From Prevotellaceae bacterium (GTDB lineage: Bacteria > Bacteroidota > Bacteroidia > Bacteroidales > UBA932): DNA of 64,000 nt. The stretch lies in NCBI GenBank assembly GCA_031263585.1, contig JAISFN010000096.1:2849-66848 (forward strand). The letters run 5' to 3'. Position numbers and translations under genes: made by a program. The notes beneath the pieces are model-generated. The model did not search any database. It was not told the origin of the DNA and saw only the letters and a list, made by a program, of their open reading frames with translations. Shown one piece after another: positions 18,638 to 27,500 of the stretch (positions are counted from its first letter, which is position 1; each line of letters begins with the position of its first letter).

Positions 18638-18645
18638 TACCTTTG
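18638..18645 (+). promoter_or_regulatory. Bacteroidota -7 box (TAnnTTTG) upstream of the flavodoxin gene
   Basis: TACCTTTG ends 32 bp before the ATG at 18677. Confidence 0.45.
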
Positions 18646-18676
18646 GATTGTATTTAAACTTACTAAATAATATACA

Positions 18677-19171
18677 ATGGAAAAAATTGCAATATATTAC
18701 GGTTCGTCAACCGGAAATACAAAAGACATAGCCGAACTAATTGCTCAAAAACTGGAAACAACTCATATTTTCGATGTTGCTTTAGCAAAAGCCGATTTTT
18801 TGGAATACGACGTATTGTTATTCGGCACATCAACCTGGGGAATCGGTGATTTACAGGATGATTGGGAAGGCTTTCTGAATAAAGTAGAATCGGCCGATTT
18901 AACCGGTAAAAAAATAGCCTTATTTGGTTGCGGAGATTCAGTGTCTTACAGCGACTCATTTTGCGATGCTATTGGCAAAATTTACAAAGCCATAAAAGAG
19001 AAGGGCTGTACAATCATCGGGAAATTCCCAATCGACGATTACTCCTTCGATGCTTCGGAAGCAGAGGTCGGCGGCTCATTTGTCGGGCTGCCGCTCGATG
19101 TGGATAACGAAAGCGCCCAAACCAACAGTCGGGTTAACACATGGGTAGAACAACTTAAAACAGAGATATAA
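18677..19171 (+). CDS. fldA: Long-chain flavodoxin
   Basis: MEKIAIYYGSSTGNT, FGTSTWG.GDLQDDW and ALFGCGD motifs; 164 aa. Confidence 0.9.
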   Translation: MEKIAIYYGSSTGNTKDIAELIAQKLETTHIFDVALAKADFLEYDVLLFGTSTWGIGDLQDDWEGFLNKVESADLTGKKIALFGCGDSVSYSDSFCDAIGKIYKAIKEKGCTIIGKFPIDDYSFDASEAEVGGSFVGLPLDVDNESAQTNSRVNTWVEQLKTEI

Positions 19172-19218
19172 AACATTTTTCAATATAATCGTCACAAATA
19201 CGTAACAGTTTTTTAATA

Positions 19219-19542
19219 ATGAGAATTTTTACCTGCAATAACTGCACACGAATACACATTGAAGCCGGAAATATACTATTTCATTTTGCCAATAAAGAAA
19301 AACTGGCAAAGTATTTAAACGAATTGGATGTTATAGATGCAGAGTATTATACTGCCCTTAATGCCGACAAAGCATTTTGTAAAGATATTTTCCTGCCGGT
19401 TGCCGATACTAATATTAATTTAGGCTTTAGCCTGAATGAATTCAAGGAGTTTAGAGAAAGAATAAGAAATTATTTAAACCTTAAAAATCATATGCCAATC
19501 ACATTTATCAGGGCAAATAAAATGGACATTTGCCTAAATTAG
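19219..19542 (+). CDS. Hypothetical protein (CNNC motif near the N-terminus)
   Basis: 107-aa ORF 47 bp downstream of fldA on the same strand. I cannot name a family with confidence. Confidence 0.5.
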   Translation: MRIFTCNNCTRIHIEAGNILFHFANKEKLAKYLNELDVIDAEYYTALNADKAFCKDIFLPVADTNINLGFSLNEFKEFRERIRNYLNLKNHMPITFIRANKMDICLN

Positions 19543-19612
19543 TAAGAAATTATCGCAAGAAAGTATTATTTTTACATGGTAAAAGTTAACAGACCGGGTT
19601 TTAGGTAAAACA

Positions 19613-19780
19613 GTGAAAAAATTTTTATTGCCATTATTAATATTCATGTTTTCAATATATTACATGTATATTAGTTTTTTTCACTCACACATTGTTGATT
19701 GAGTTAGTGTAGTCCATTCGCACCCATACGATAAGGGGATACTTCAAACGGATTTCCGGTTAAACGCTATCATACTTCAG
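19613..19780 (+). pseudogene. Small membrane-anchored His-rich ORF interrupted by an in-frame TGA
   Basis: A GTG start gives VKKFLLPLLIFMFSIYYMYISFFHSHIVD*VSVVHSHPYDKG.... The TGA lies at 19700-19702, where a Gly (GGA) would give HSHIVDGVSVVHSHPY. That resembles small HxH...HSHP proteins I recall from Bacteroidales. The reading frame then runs through the terminator. Confidence 0.3.
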
Positions 19781-19815
19781 AGGGTGTCCAAAACTTTTTG
19801 GACGCCCTCTTTTTA
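19780..19815. terminator. Bidirectional hairpin between convergent genes
   Basis: GAGGGTGTCCAAAA-cttt-TTGGACGCCCTC is followed by TTTTT. It lies between the + strand genes ending at 19542/19780 and the - strand GNAT gene ending at 19816. Confidence 0.65.
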
Positions 19816-20280
19816 TTACTTATTTGTATAATATCGCATTGCTGAATATTCAACCTCCTTAAATCCGAGTTTTTCATATAATCGCTTTCCCGCTTTGGTT
19901 GAATAAAGGTCAAGAACCGATATAAAGATATTATCGGCATCGACAATCAGGGAACTCATTACAGAAGTAGCATAGCCTTTACCTCGATGTTCGGGATAGG
20001 TAAATACATTCATTATCGTTCCATATCTACCATTTGGATTGTTTAATCCCGGAGGTCTTTCATCAATAATAAGAAAAGCCACCGAAACAATTTCACCGTT
20101 AATTTCCATAGCGTAAGCGGTAAATTTTTCTTCCGGTGCATTTTCCTTAAAATACTCTCGAAGTTGAGGCTCAAGCTTAGCCTTATCCTCTGCATTCAAT
20201 TCTATTTCGGTTGAAATATAATCGAAACGGAGCTTAACAAGCGCATCTATATCGGATATGATTCTAATTCTATTATCCAT
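19816..20280 (-). CDS. GNAT-family N-acetyltransferase
   Basis: 154 aa. It has the acetyl-CoA binding-type motif HRGKGYATSVMSSL and a ...LYEKLGF tail. Confidence 0.8.
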   Translation of the reverse strand: MDNRIRIISDIDALVKLRFDYISTEIELNAEDKAKLEPQLREYFKENAPEEKFTAYAMEINGEIVSVAFLIIDERPPGLNNPNGRYGTIMNVFTYPEHRGKGYATSVMSSLIVDADNIFISVLDLYSTKAGKRLYEKLGFKEVEYSAMRYYTNK

Positions 20281-20517
20281 CGGTGATATATTATCCTATC
20301 TGTGAATTAATTTCACGTTTGAATGCAAGCGGATTGGCTACAATTAAATACATGGAAAATGATAATTGCTCAACCGGATATTCGCATTGAGCCTGTTTTA
20401 AGGCGTTCGTGAGGGCTTCGCCGTTGCCTCAAGACAAAAGCACGGATAAAACAATAATTTATAAGAATTTTCACGGCTACCACTATTTTTTAGTCGTAAA
20501 ATTTGAATAGGCTCTAT

Positions 20518-20550
20518 AACTGTAAACTGTAAACTGTAAACTGTAAACTA
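20518..20550. repeat. Heptanucleotide tandem repeat (AACTGTA) x4.7
   Basis: The sequence is aactgta aactgta aactgta aactgta aacta. It is intergenic, about 240 bp upstream of the GNAT start. Confidence 0.9.
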
Positions 20551-20745
20551 TATATTTTATATAATAGTATAAACTAATTTTGTTGAACTACTTATAGATT
20601 CTATACCATAAAGAATTATTTATTTCCTTCAAAATCGTAAAAATTTTCATGCAGGCTGTTTATTTATTATACGTCTGGTAGATTCGCCGTTGCCGTTTGT
20701 TTAGCATAAATGCCAGCTTATGCCATTGGTTTTTGTCCCATAGTT

Positions 20746-21282
20746 CTACTTCCTGTCGAAAAACGGGCTTTTTGAACTTGAGGTTAAAGGAATTCCAAAC
20801 AATATTTTTATATCCTTATCTACAAGTCCCAGTTCAATGGCCGCTTTACCCACGCTGAACATAACGCGGTTATCTGCCTTACAAGCAGCTGCTACAGTTA
20901 CGGCCGACCCAACAGCAATGCCCAAATCAACACCGTTAAATACACAAGGTACTTCGGGGTATTTATCCTTTCCTGCACAATTTGTAAACCCGCAATAACC
21001 GCATGCAGGTATCCCCCCTGCAAGTATTTTTGAACCAATAAATACAATAACAGGAGAAAGGCGGATATTACCGGCATCGCGTATAAAAAAGTGAGCATCC
21101 TCACGTTCTCCTATTTTTTCCATTTGCAGGGCAAGCTGCTCAATAGTATCACCTTCGGCCAAAAAAACGGCCAAAGTATCCCGCCCTCGTCCTTTAGGCG
21201 CAGTACAGGCGGCAATTATTATTTGCCGGGCAATATCCAGCAAAGTTTGTCTACGTATAGTTTCTTCGGATACTAATGCCAT
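20746..21282 (-). CDS. DUF2148-type ferredoxin-domain protein
   Basis: Start set at MALVSEETIRRQ (21282). The Cys cluster is PACGYCGF.NCAGK...PC. The longer ORF would overlap the divergent nth promoter region. Confidence 0.65.
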   Translation of the reverse strand: MALVSEETIRRQTLLDIARQIIIAACTAPKGRGRDTLAVFLAEGDTIEQLALQMEKIGEREDAHFFIRDAGNIRLSPVIVFIGSKILAGGIPACGYCGFTNCAGKDKYPEVPCVFNGVDLGIAVGSAVTVAAACKADNRVMFSVGKAAIELGLVDKDIKILFGIPLTSSSKSPFFDRK

Positions 21283-21334
21283 ATCTAATTTTATGATTAA
21301 ATTTGTCCAAAAGTAAAGATTTTTCAAAACGAAT

Positions 21335-21979
21335 ATGCAAAGGAAAGAACGTTTTAACCTAGTTTTAACATGGTTTAAAGAAAATATGCCGATTGCAGAA
21401 ACCGAACTGCAATACAAAACTCCTTACCAATTATTAGTAGCTGTTATACTGTCGGCACAATGTACTGATAAAAGGGTAAATATGATTACACCTGCGTTTT
21501 TTAAAGATTATCCCACTGCCGAAAAGTTGGCCGAAGCGGAAATCCCTGAAATATACGAACTCATAAAATCTATTTCATACCCCAATAACAAGGCTAAGCA
21601 CCTTTCGGGAATGGCTAAAATGCTGGTAAACAATTTTAATAGCGTTGTACCTTCGGATATCGACAAACTGCAAAAACTGCCGGGTGTAGGTCGCAAGTCG
21701 GCAAATGTTATTGCATCGGTTGTATACGATAAGCCGACATTGGCTGTCGACACGCATGTTTTTCGCGTATCGGCTCGTATAGGCTTAACAACTAATGCAA
21801 AAACACCATTAGAGACGGAAAAACAGCTTATAAAATATATACCCGAAAATTTACGCGCCATTGCCCATCACTGGCTGATATTACACGGTCGTTACATATG
21901 CGTTGCCCGTAAACCCAAATGCGGTGAATGCGGAATAAGCGCTTATTGTAAATACTACGAGAAATTTAAAGATGAATAA
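21335..21979 (+). CDS. nth: Endonuclease III
   Basis: HhH-GPD motif LPGVGRKSANV, catalytic-region DTHVFRV, and the 4Fe-4S cluster C.....C..C.....C (CVARKPKCGECGISAYC). Confidence 0.9.
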   Translation: MQRKERFNLVLTWFKENMPIAETELQYKTPYQLLVAVILSAQCTDKRVNMITPAFFKDYPTAEKLAEAEIPEIYELIKSISYPNNKAKHLSGMAKMLVNNFNSVVPSDIDKLQKLPGVGRKSANVIASVVYDKPTLAVDTHVFRVSARIGLTTNAKTPLETEKQLIKYIPENLRAIAHHWLILHGRYICVARKPKCGECGISAYCKYYEKFKDE

Positions 21980-22197
21980 CGGCAACGGAAAATCAACCGA
22001 CCAAACTCTTTTTCAGCATTGCAATTCTGCGAGACTAATGTCAACCGCTTGTTGACTACTGTGATACTATAAATCCAAAGATTTTCAATTCATGGCTTTT
22101 AATATATAAAACGGCACTAATTCGAATAACTTTTCACTGTCGTTGAAGGCAAATAGGTTTCTTACCGATAACGAAAAAATCCCGACTCCGATATTGA

Positions 22198-22665
22198 TCA
22201 TACTCCCAGGCTACCCGTTATCTGTTTGTAATCAGGAATTTCATTTAAAAATGTATACGATTGAGCCGTAAAATCAACTTTGCAACAATAATGCTGTAAG
22301 CCGTTTGTAACAACTAAGTAGGAGACTTGCAACACTAAGTTGTAACGGGTTAGCTGGTCGAAAATATCCTGCGTTATTTTAACGGTCGCGGCTTTGCACT
22401 CAACAGCCATTAACGCCAAACCGTTGCGGTTGTACACAACAACATCGCTACGCCGTTGCATGCCGTTCAACGTAAGCGATGCCTCGACACGCATTAATTT
22501 CTGCGGAGTATTTTTATCTTCAAGCAAATAACGGACAAAGTTTTGCCGCACCCATTCTTCGGGGGTTAATGCAACAAATTTGCAACGTACCGGATCAAAA
22601 ATCTCCAATACATTGTTGTACTTACGCATACGATGCTCATATTCGGGTAAATTCAACTTTTGCAT
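22198..22665 (-). CDS. Stand-alone HsdR-N-terminal-like (PD-(D/E)xK fold) domain protein
   Basis: 155 aa. It has the ...PEEWVRQNFVRYL....SDVVVYN....LMAVECKA... pattern typical of the type I restriction enzyme R-protein N-terminal domain family that is conserved as a single gene in Bacteroidota. Confidence 0.65.
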   Translation of the reverse strand: MQKLNLPEYEHRMRKYNNVLEIFDPVRCKFVALTPEEWVRQNFVRYLLEDKNTPQKLMRVEASLTLNGMQRRSDVVVYNRNGLALMAVECKAATVKITQDIFDQLTRYNLVLQVSYLVVTNGLQHYCCKVDFTAQSYTFLNEIPDYKQITGSLGV

Positions 22666-22764
22666 AACCCTGCAAAAATAACTAAAGCAAGTGATAAATC
22701 CGCATTAAATTTACCAGTTTTTAGCAATCAATGATATTGATTATACTCAGCGTATTATATGGTT

Positions 22765-23367
22765 TTAAAGAGCAAGCAAGCATTCTTTGATTTTCTCTTC
22801 CAGTATTGATATTTCTTTTTTAACTCCATCTACCCATACCTTACCCCCTGTTTTCAAATAAATTATTTTCCATGTTTTATCTATTATTATATTGGTAGAA
22901 AAGTTGTTATCTAAATTTAAACGCTGGCATTCACCGAGTGATACAGGGACAACTGTATACTGTATGTCATACTTTGCGCTTGTGTTTTTGGTGTCTTCGG
23001 TGTCTTCGGCGCTATCGCTTGTAAAGGAGATCAATTGAAAATTGCTATTGTCGATATATTTATGATACAGATTATTAAGATATTTAAATTCGGCTATGCA
23101 AGGTGCGCATTCTTTAAACCAGAAATTTAATAGTGTTACTTTCCCTAATAACTGTTGTTCGGGTATGGTATTATTATCCAAATCGGTAACGATAAAATCC
23201 GTATATTGTTTTCCAATACTTGTCTTATTAAGGTTATCGGCATCTTTCATCAATTGTTCAAACAGTTTTTCATACTCTAACTTAGGTTTAATTTGAGCCG
23301 ATATGTTTGCAGAGTAAAATACAGATAAAAAGAAGAATATAAGCATAAACCGGATATAATTTTTCAT
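22765..23367 (-). CDS. Secreted thioredoxin-fold (TlpA/redoxin-like) protein, CAPC active site
   Basis: 200 aa. Signal peptide, then LLNFWFKECAPCIAEFKYLN. Confidence 0.7.
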   Translation of the reverse strand: MKNYIRFMLIFFFLSVFYSANISAQIKPKLEYEKLFEQLMKDADNLNKTSIGKQYTDFIVTDLDNNTIPEQQLLGKVTLLNFWFKECAPCIAEFKYLNNLYHKYIDNSNFQLISFTSDSAEDTEDTKNTSAKYDIQYTVVPVSLGECQRLNLDNNFSTNIIIDKTWKIIYLKTGGKVWVDGVKKEISILEEKIKECLLAL

Positions 23368-23445
23368 TAAATATGGTTTCTAAAGCTTTGATTATTATAC
23401 GATAAATTATCCCATCGCAAGCCGCGGTAACAAATTAAAAGGGAG

Positions 23446-24573
23446 TTAATTATTCACTAACTTGTATAACTTTTCCAAATCTTCTTTTCTGCTGATAGAT
23501 ATCTTTTCTTTTTGCATCGTATTCGGATGTACCAATATCATCATAGGTATGCTTCCTACAAGGTATTTTTCTTTAATTTCACGTAAACTATCAACAGCTA
23601 ATAACGCGCGCCATGTAATTTCTTCCTTTTCCATTAATTTGGACCATTCGGCAACAGTTTTACTGTCGTCTATCGATATATATGTCATTTGCAACTTGTT
23701 ACTCAAATTACTGTTTATTTCTTTCAGTAAAGGAATTAACCGGTGACAAGGACCGCACCACGATGCCGAAAACATTACCAAATTATATTTTGAAGAATCT
23801 TGAATTATTGGCTCAGGTTCCCCTGTATCCCATGCAGGTAATGTGCTGTTTTCAAAAATGGTATTTATTAATTCAACTATTTTTTGCCCGTAATGGCTTT
23901 GCCGGCTTTTTTTCGAAAAACAAGCAAACACCTTCGATATATCTTCATATGATTTAAAAGTATATGAATGTTTTAATAAGGATACCAGAAGAAAGCGCGA
24001 GTCGGGATATTTTTTTGCAAGGCTAATATTATCAGCCAAATACTTATCATAATCACCAGCTGTATATAATGATATCATAGACCAGAATACCCCGGTTTTG
24101 GCAAATACTTCGGTATCGGTTGCATGCGAATCGGCCAGAAAATAATCCGAAATGAGATTCGGATGATTTATTGTATGGCTATAATTCCCTTTAATGAACG
24201 AAACGGGTTGGCTTACAAAAAAGTCGCCGGATTTTAACGTATCATTGTCAATTATACATAGCAATGCCACATTACGTTCCAATGCATTGGAATCTGCTCC
24301 GTTCGGAACAATTATTTTGAAAACAAAAATCGAATCGTATTGGCTGGCGGGATAGGCAAACTCCCATAAATAACCGTCATCCGAATGCCCTTTATATTCA
24401 ACATATTTAATAGTTGTATCGTAAGCTTGTTCTAACCTTGCCTGCAGGGTTAATTCATCATATTTTTTACCTTCGAGCGATAAAGTAATGATATTCATAT
24501 TACCGGCTTTTTCTTGCTTGCAAGCAAAGCTGTGAAACACAATACACAATAATACTAAAATTTTAGTTTTCAT
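23446..24573 (-). CDS. Lipoprotein with an unknown N-terminal domain and a C-terminal TlpA-like thioredoxin domain (CGPC)
   Basis: 375 aa. Lipobox-like LCIVFHSFAC, then ...NLVMFSASWCGPCHRLIPLLKE... and ...GSIPMMILV. Confidence 0.7.
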   Translation of the reverse strand: MKTKILVLLCIVFHSFACKQEKAGNMNIITLSLEGKKYDELTLQARLEQAYDTTIKYVEYKGHSDDGYLWEFAYPASQYDSIFVFKIIVPNGADSNALERNVALLCIIDNDTLKSGDFFVSQPVSFIKGNYSHTINHPNLISDYFLADSHATDTEVFAKTGVFWSMISLYTAGDYDKYLADNISLAKKYPDSRFLLVSLLKHSYTFKSYEDISKVFACFSKKSRQSHYGQKIVELINTIFENSTLPAWDTGEPEPIIQDSSKYNLVMFSASWCGPCHRLIPLLKEINSNLSNKLQMTYISIDDSKTVAEWSKLMEKEEITWRALLAVDSLREIKEKYLVGSIPMMILVHPNTMQKEKISISRKEDLEKLYKLVNN

Positions 24574-24618
24574 ATGTTTATCACTTATTTAAATTAAATA
24601 GGGAGACATGCTCCTTAT

Positions 24619-24852
24619 TTATAAATTAATCACATGTACAATTGAACTTCCGTCGCCAGTTGACACGAGTTGACAAGGGCCACCAAAATGGTCCTTACTT
24701 TGATCTAAACAACCTCCACTACAACCACCTTCAGAAGTTGGCTCACCTATACACATCACTCCTGAAGAAGTAAATTCCTCGTATCTGCCTGCAATTTTTT
24801 TCATTTCATCATCGTTTAGTACGAGATTTTTTTTGATAAAACTCTTTTTCAT
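24619..24852 (-). CDS. 77-aa Cys/Gly-rich peptide with a double-glycine-type (bacteriocin/RiPP-like) leader
   Basis: MKKSFIKKNLVLNDDEMKKIAG | RYEEFTSSGVMCIGEPTSEGGCSGGCLDQSKDHFGGPCQLVSTGDGSSIVHVINL. The leader matches the L.....EM..I.GG pattern of Bacteroidota GG-leader precursors, with AG at the presumed cleavage site. The core has 4 Cys and about 20 percent Gly. Confidence 0.6.
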   Translation of the reverse strand: MKKSFIKKNLVLNDDEMKKIAGRYEEFTSSGVMCIGEPTSEGGCSGGCLDQSKDHFGGPCQLVSTGDGSSIVHVINL

Positions 24853-24881
24853 AATAAAAATATTTTAAATTATGTTGCAGA

Positions 24882-25529
24882 TTAATAATATAATTTAATG
24901 TGCCTTTGACTGAAAAGAGAGCATATTTTATCGGCATATTCGTTTTGAATATGGAATTGCTTTAAAACAAAAAGATAGGATAAATATACGCCTATGAAAT
25001 TGGTAATCAACAATAATGATATTCCCCAGCTATAAATAGCATTATTAAAATACATATACAGTATAAAAAAGGGGACGGAAAGTAAAAATATTGCATTGAA
25101 AAAATTATGAATCAATTCCCGCTTTTTATTTTGTTGGTAATCGGGCTCTATTGAATTGTCATTTTTTTCTACTAATAATACAACCCCCGACCATGCCTCA
25201 ATAAATTCATTTATCGGCAATTTTACATTCTTATCCCGCCAAATATAAAAAACGTCTGTTGCGGTAATCTTAGTAACTACAACAAACTCTCCGATATGGG
25301 CAATAAACGGAACTTCGATATCAAAAATATTATCCTCTTTATCGCCAGTTTTAACGCCGATGTTATGAATGTTATATTCCGAAAGCATTTTCGACAATCC
25401 AAATAAATTGTATTTATGAAGATGTTCATTATAAAGTTTATTGGAGTACCGTTTTGTATGTTTAACATTTAAAACATCTAAAACGCAGGCGAATACGTTT
25501 CTATTCTTTGTAAAAGGTAAAAACATCAT
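24882..25529 (-). CDS. Peptidase-C39-like domain protein with two TM helices; it looks like the N-terminal part of a C39-like/VKOR fusion, truncated just after the first VKOR-type Cys
   Basis: 215 aa. The C39-like block is ...NVFACVLDVL...SLSKMLSEYNI...VPFIAHIGEFVVVTK...INEFIEAWSGVVLLVEK. It is followed by two hydrophobic helices and ...ADKICSLFSQRHIKLYY*. Confidence 0.55.
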   Translation of the reverse strand: MMFLPFTKNRNVFACVLDVLNVKHTKRYSNKLYNEHLHKYNLFGLSKMLSEYNIHNIGVKTGDKEDNIFDIEVPFIAHIGEFVVVTKITATDVFYIWRDKNVKLPINEFIEAWSGVVLLVEKNDNSIEPDYQQNKKRELIHNFFNAIFLLSVPFFILYMYFNNAIYSWGISLLLITNFIGVYLSYLFVLKQFHIQNEYADKICSLFSQRHIKLYY

Positions 25530-26193
25530 AATAAAGAAAGTTTAAGGTTTTGTAAAATTAATAAAGATACAAATTACACTTTTGTTTGAGACATTTTTTT
25601 ACATTAAGCTAAATTTTTATAAAAAAAGAAATACCGGAGCGGGCTTCCCCGCCACTACTAAACGATTGTATTGCGTGTTAATACTAAACTACACAGCACA
25701 TGGTAGTTATTTTTATTAAGCGCCTTAAAATATTTATTGCCGTATTATTTTATATTTATGCCACATTTAGTAAATTTGTGTCGTAATAAATTTATTATTA
25801 GAATTATAATATTATCGAAAAAAGAAAAACAAGAACTCGGGAAACCATATAAAACCAACCTCTACTCGGTAGTCCGTAAACGTTGTTTAAGATTACGTTT
25901 GTCCAAAACGCATGACACTATTCCGCCGCTTACGCGATCATAAACGTAAACGAACCACGCTTTATTGGGTTTTTTGTATATTCAAAATTTACTCACTTTA
26001 AACAACTCATAATAAAGATATTATTGTTACAAACGAATTGACGATAACAGGATTTACACATATAATTTTGCTTATTATTAGTTTTCGTACCGCTTTTTTG
26101 TTATATTTGCACCTTGGCAATAAGGTAATGAAGGATGATTTTTATTTACACATACAAATATATCCTTCTTATATTTAATTATTATTAAATACT

Positions 26194-26201
26194 TATATTT
26201 G
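26194..26201 (+). promoter_or_regulatory. Bacteroidota -7 box (TAnnTTTG) upstream of the surface-protein gene pair
   Basis: TATATTTG ends 38 bp before the ATG at 26239. Confidence 0.4.
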
Positions 26202-26238
26202 GCATACTTTTTGAGTCGCCACTTAATACATTATTGTA

Positions 26239-27399
26239 ATGATAACGATAAAACAAACCGGAACAAAAAATTTGATTCGTAACGTATGCATTATGTTATT
26301 CTACTTTTTAATAACAGGCAATGTTTGGAGTCAGGGAATTACGATTGGAGCAGACCTCGATCATTTAAAAGGGGCCTTGTTGGATATTAAAAGCCAACAA
26401 GCCGATGTATTAAGTAATGTAACTTCGGACAAAGGCGGGCTGGTATTGCCCCGTGTTAAGCTGGTTGACTTAAATACCCTCCAGCCGTTTATTGCTGTAA
26501 CAGATCCGGATTGGATAAGCAACGCTGATGAAATCAAGTTACTGCATGTTGGATTGATTGTTTATAATTTATCTACTGTATCCCCTTTTGTTGAAGGCTT
26601 ATACGAGTGGAATGGTACGGAATGGATAGCAATTACTACAGGAGCGGCCAATGGTTTAAATAAAAACGGTGCAAATATCGAATTGGGTGGAATATTAAAC
26701 AAAGCCACTAACATTAACATGAATGGCAACAGCTTTAGCGTAACTACCGGCCCTGCTAAAAGAATGACTATTGATGGAAGCCTGCAAACAGATTCCCTTT
26801 ATATTACAGATATTTCTTCTACACAGGGAAATTCAAGGATACTGGTACGCAATATCATTACTGGAAAAATCGAAACGGCCATCGACGAAGTTTCTACGAT
26901 GTGTTTCCTCCAGTCTACCGACGAAACATCTATTTCCAAGGCAGCTATCGAAGCGACGTACGTAGTTACATGGAAATACGATGATGTTGTAACCAACAAC
27001 CTAATGGAACCTATTACTTCTTTTACGGGAAACAGGACGTATTTTGAATTTTCCGACTATGCAAATGTCGAGATAAGCGGCTATGTCGGATATATAGCTA
27101 CTAATGGAACTAATACCGACAGCACTATTGTCGTTAATGCTATAATACAGGTGCAAAGGAATAACCAGAGCACTTGGGAAAATTACACCTCGATGCGTGG
27201 AGTATATCCAAAAGATATAACCGCCTATCGCCAAACATTAAACATACCTCCTGCAATGGTAATCGGGAATCCGGGAGACAAGATCCGCATGGTTGTTGTT
27301 TTGAGGCCATCTAATCTTGGAGGTGGTCACGATGCTCCAAAAATTGTAGTTCCCTATGGTACTAAATTTTCCAAGTCATTAAAAATTATAGCATTGTAA
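26239..27399 (+). CDS. Secreted/cell-surface protein of unknown function
   Basis: 386 aa with a signal-like N-terminus. The N-terminal module is GITIG....LKGALLDIKS...KGGLVLPRVKL......HVGLIVYN....EGLYEWNGTEWI. This is the pattern I recall at the N-terminus of many uncharacterised Bacteroidota surface proteins (VGIGT...L.V.S..KG.L.PR.T......G..VYN....W). Confidence 0.6.
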   Translation: MITIKQTGTKNLIRNVCIMLFYFLITGNVWSQGITIGADLDHLKGALLDIKSQQADVLSNVTSDKGGLVLPRVKLVDLNTLQPFIAVTDPDWISNADEIKLLHVGLIVYNLSTVSPFVEGLYEWNGTEWIAITTGAANGLNKNGANIELGGILNKATNINMNGNSFSVTTGPAKRMTIDGSLQTDSLYITDISSTQGNSRILVRNIITGKIETAIDEVSTMCFLQSTDETSISKAAIEATYVVTWKYDDVVTNNLMEPITSFTGNRTYFEFSDYANVEISGYVGYIATNGTNTDSTIVVNAIIQVQRNNQSTWENYTSMRGVYPKDITAYRQTLNIPPAMVIGNPGDKIRMVVVLRPSNLGGGHDAPKIVVPYGTKFSKSLKIIAL

Positions 27400-27500
27400 A
27401 CAATGGGATACCTCGTTATGAAATAAGAAAGTTCTACATTACCAATATACTTTTGCCCCCTTATTTAAGGGTTATATAATATAAACGGAAAGATTCTATC

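Noticed and set aside
20518-20550. CRISPR-like or other spaced repeats
   Set aside because: It is only a contiguous 7-bp microsatellite with no repeat-spacer periodicity. No cas genes or repeat arrays of 25-40 bp units were seen anywhere in the window.
22198-22665. The HsdR N-terminal-like protein as part of a type I restriction-modification or other defence system
   Set aside because: There are no hsdM/hsdS, helicase or methyltransferase genes nearby. This single-domain protein is, as far as I recall, a conserved stand-alone gene in Bacteroidota, and here it sits among core genes.
25737-25943. The 68-aa ORF (…LSKKEKQELGKPYKTNLYSVVRKRCLRLRLSK…) as a possible IS630-type HTH remnant or regulator of the neighbouring surface-protein genes
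   Set aside because: Its resemblance to transposase N-termini is vague. The N-terminal half is AT-rich junk (MPYYFIFMPHLVNL...), and there is no good start context. I did not report it as a feature.
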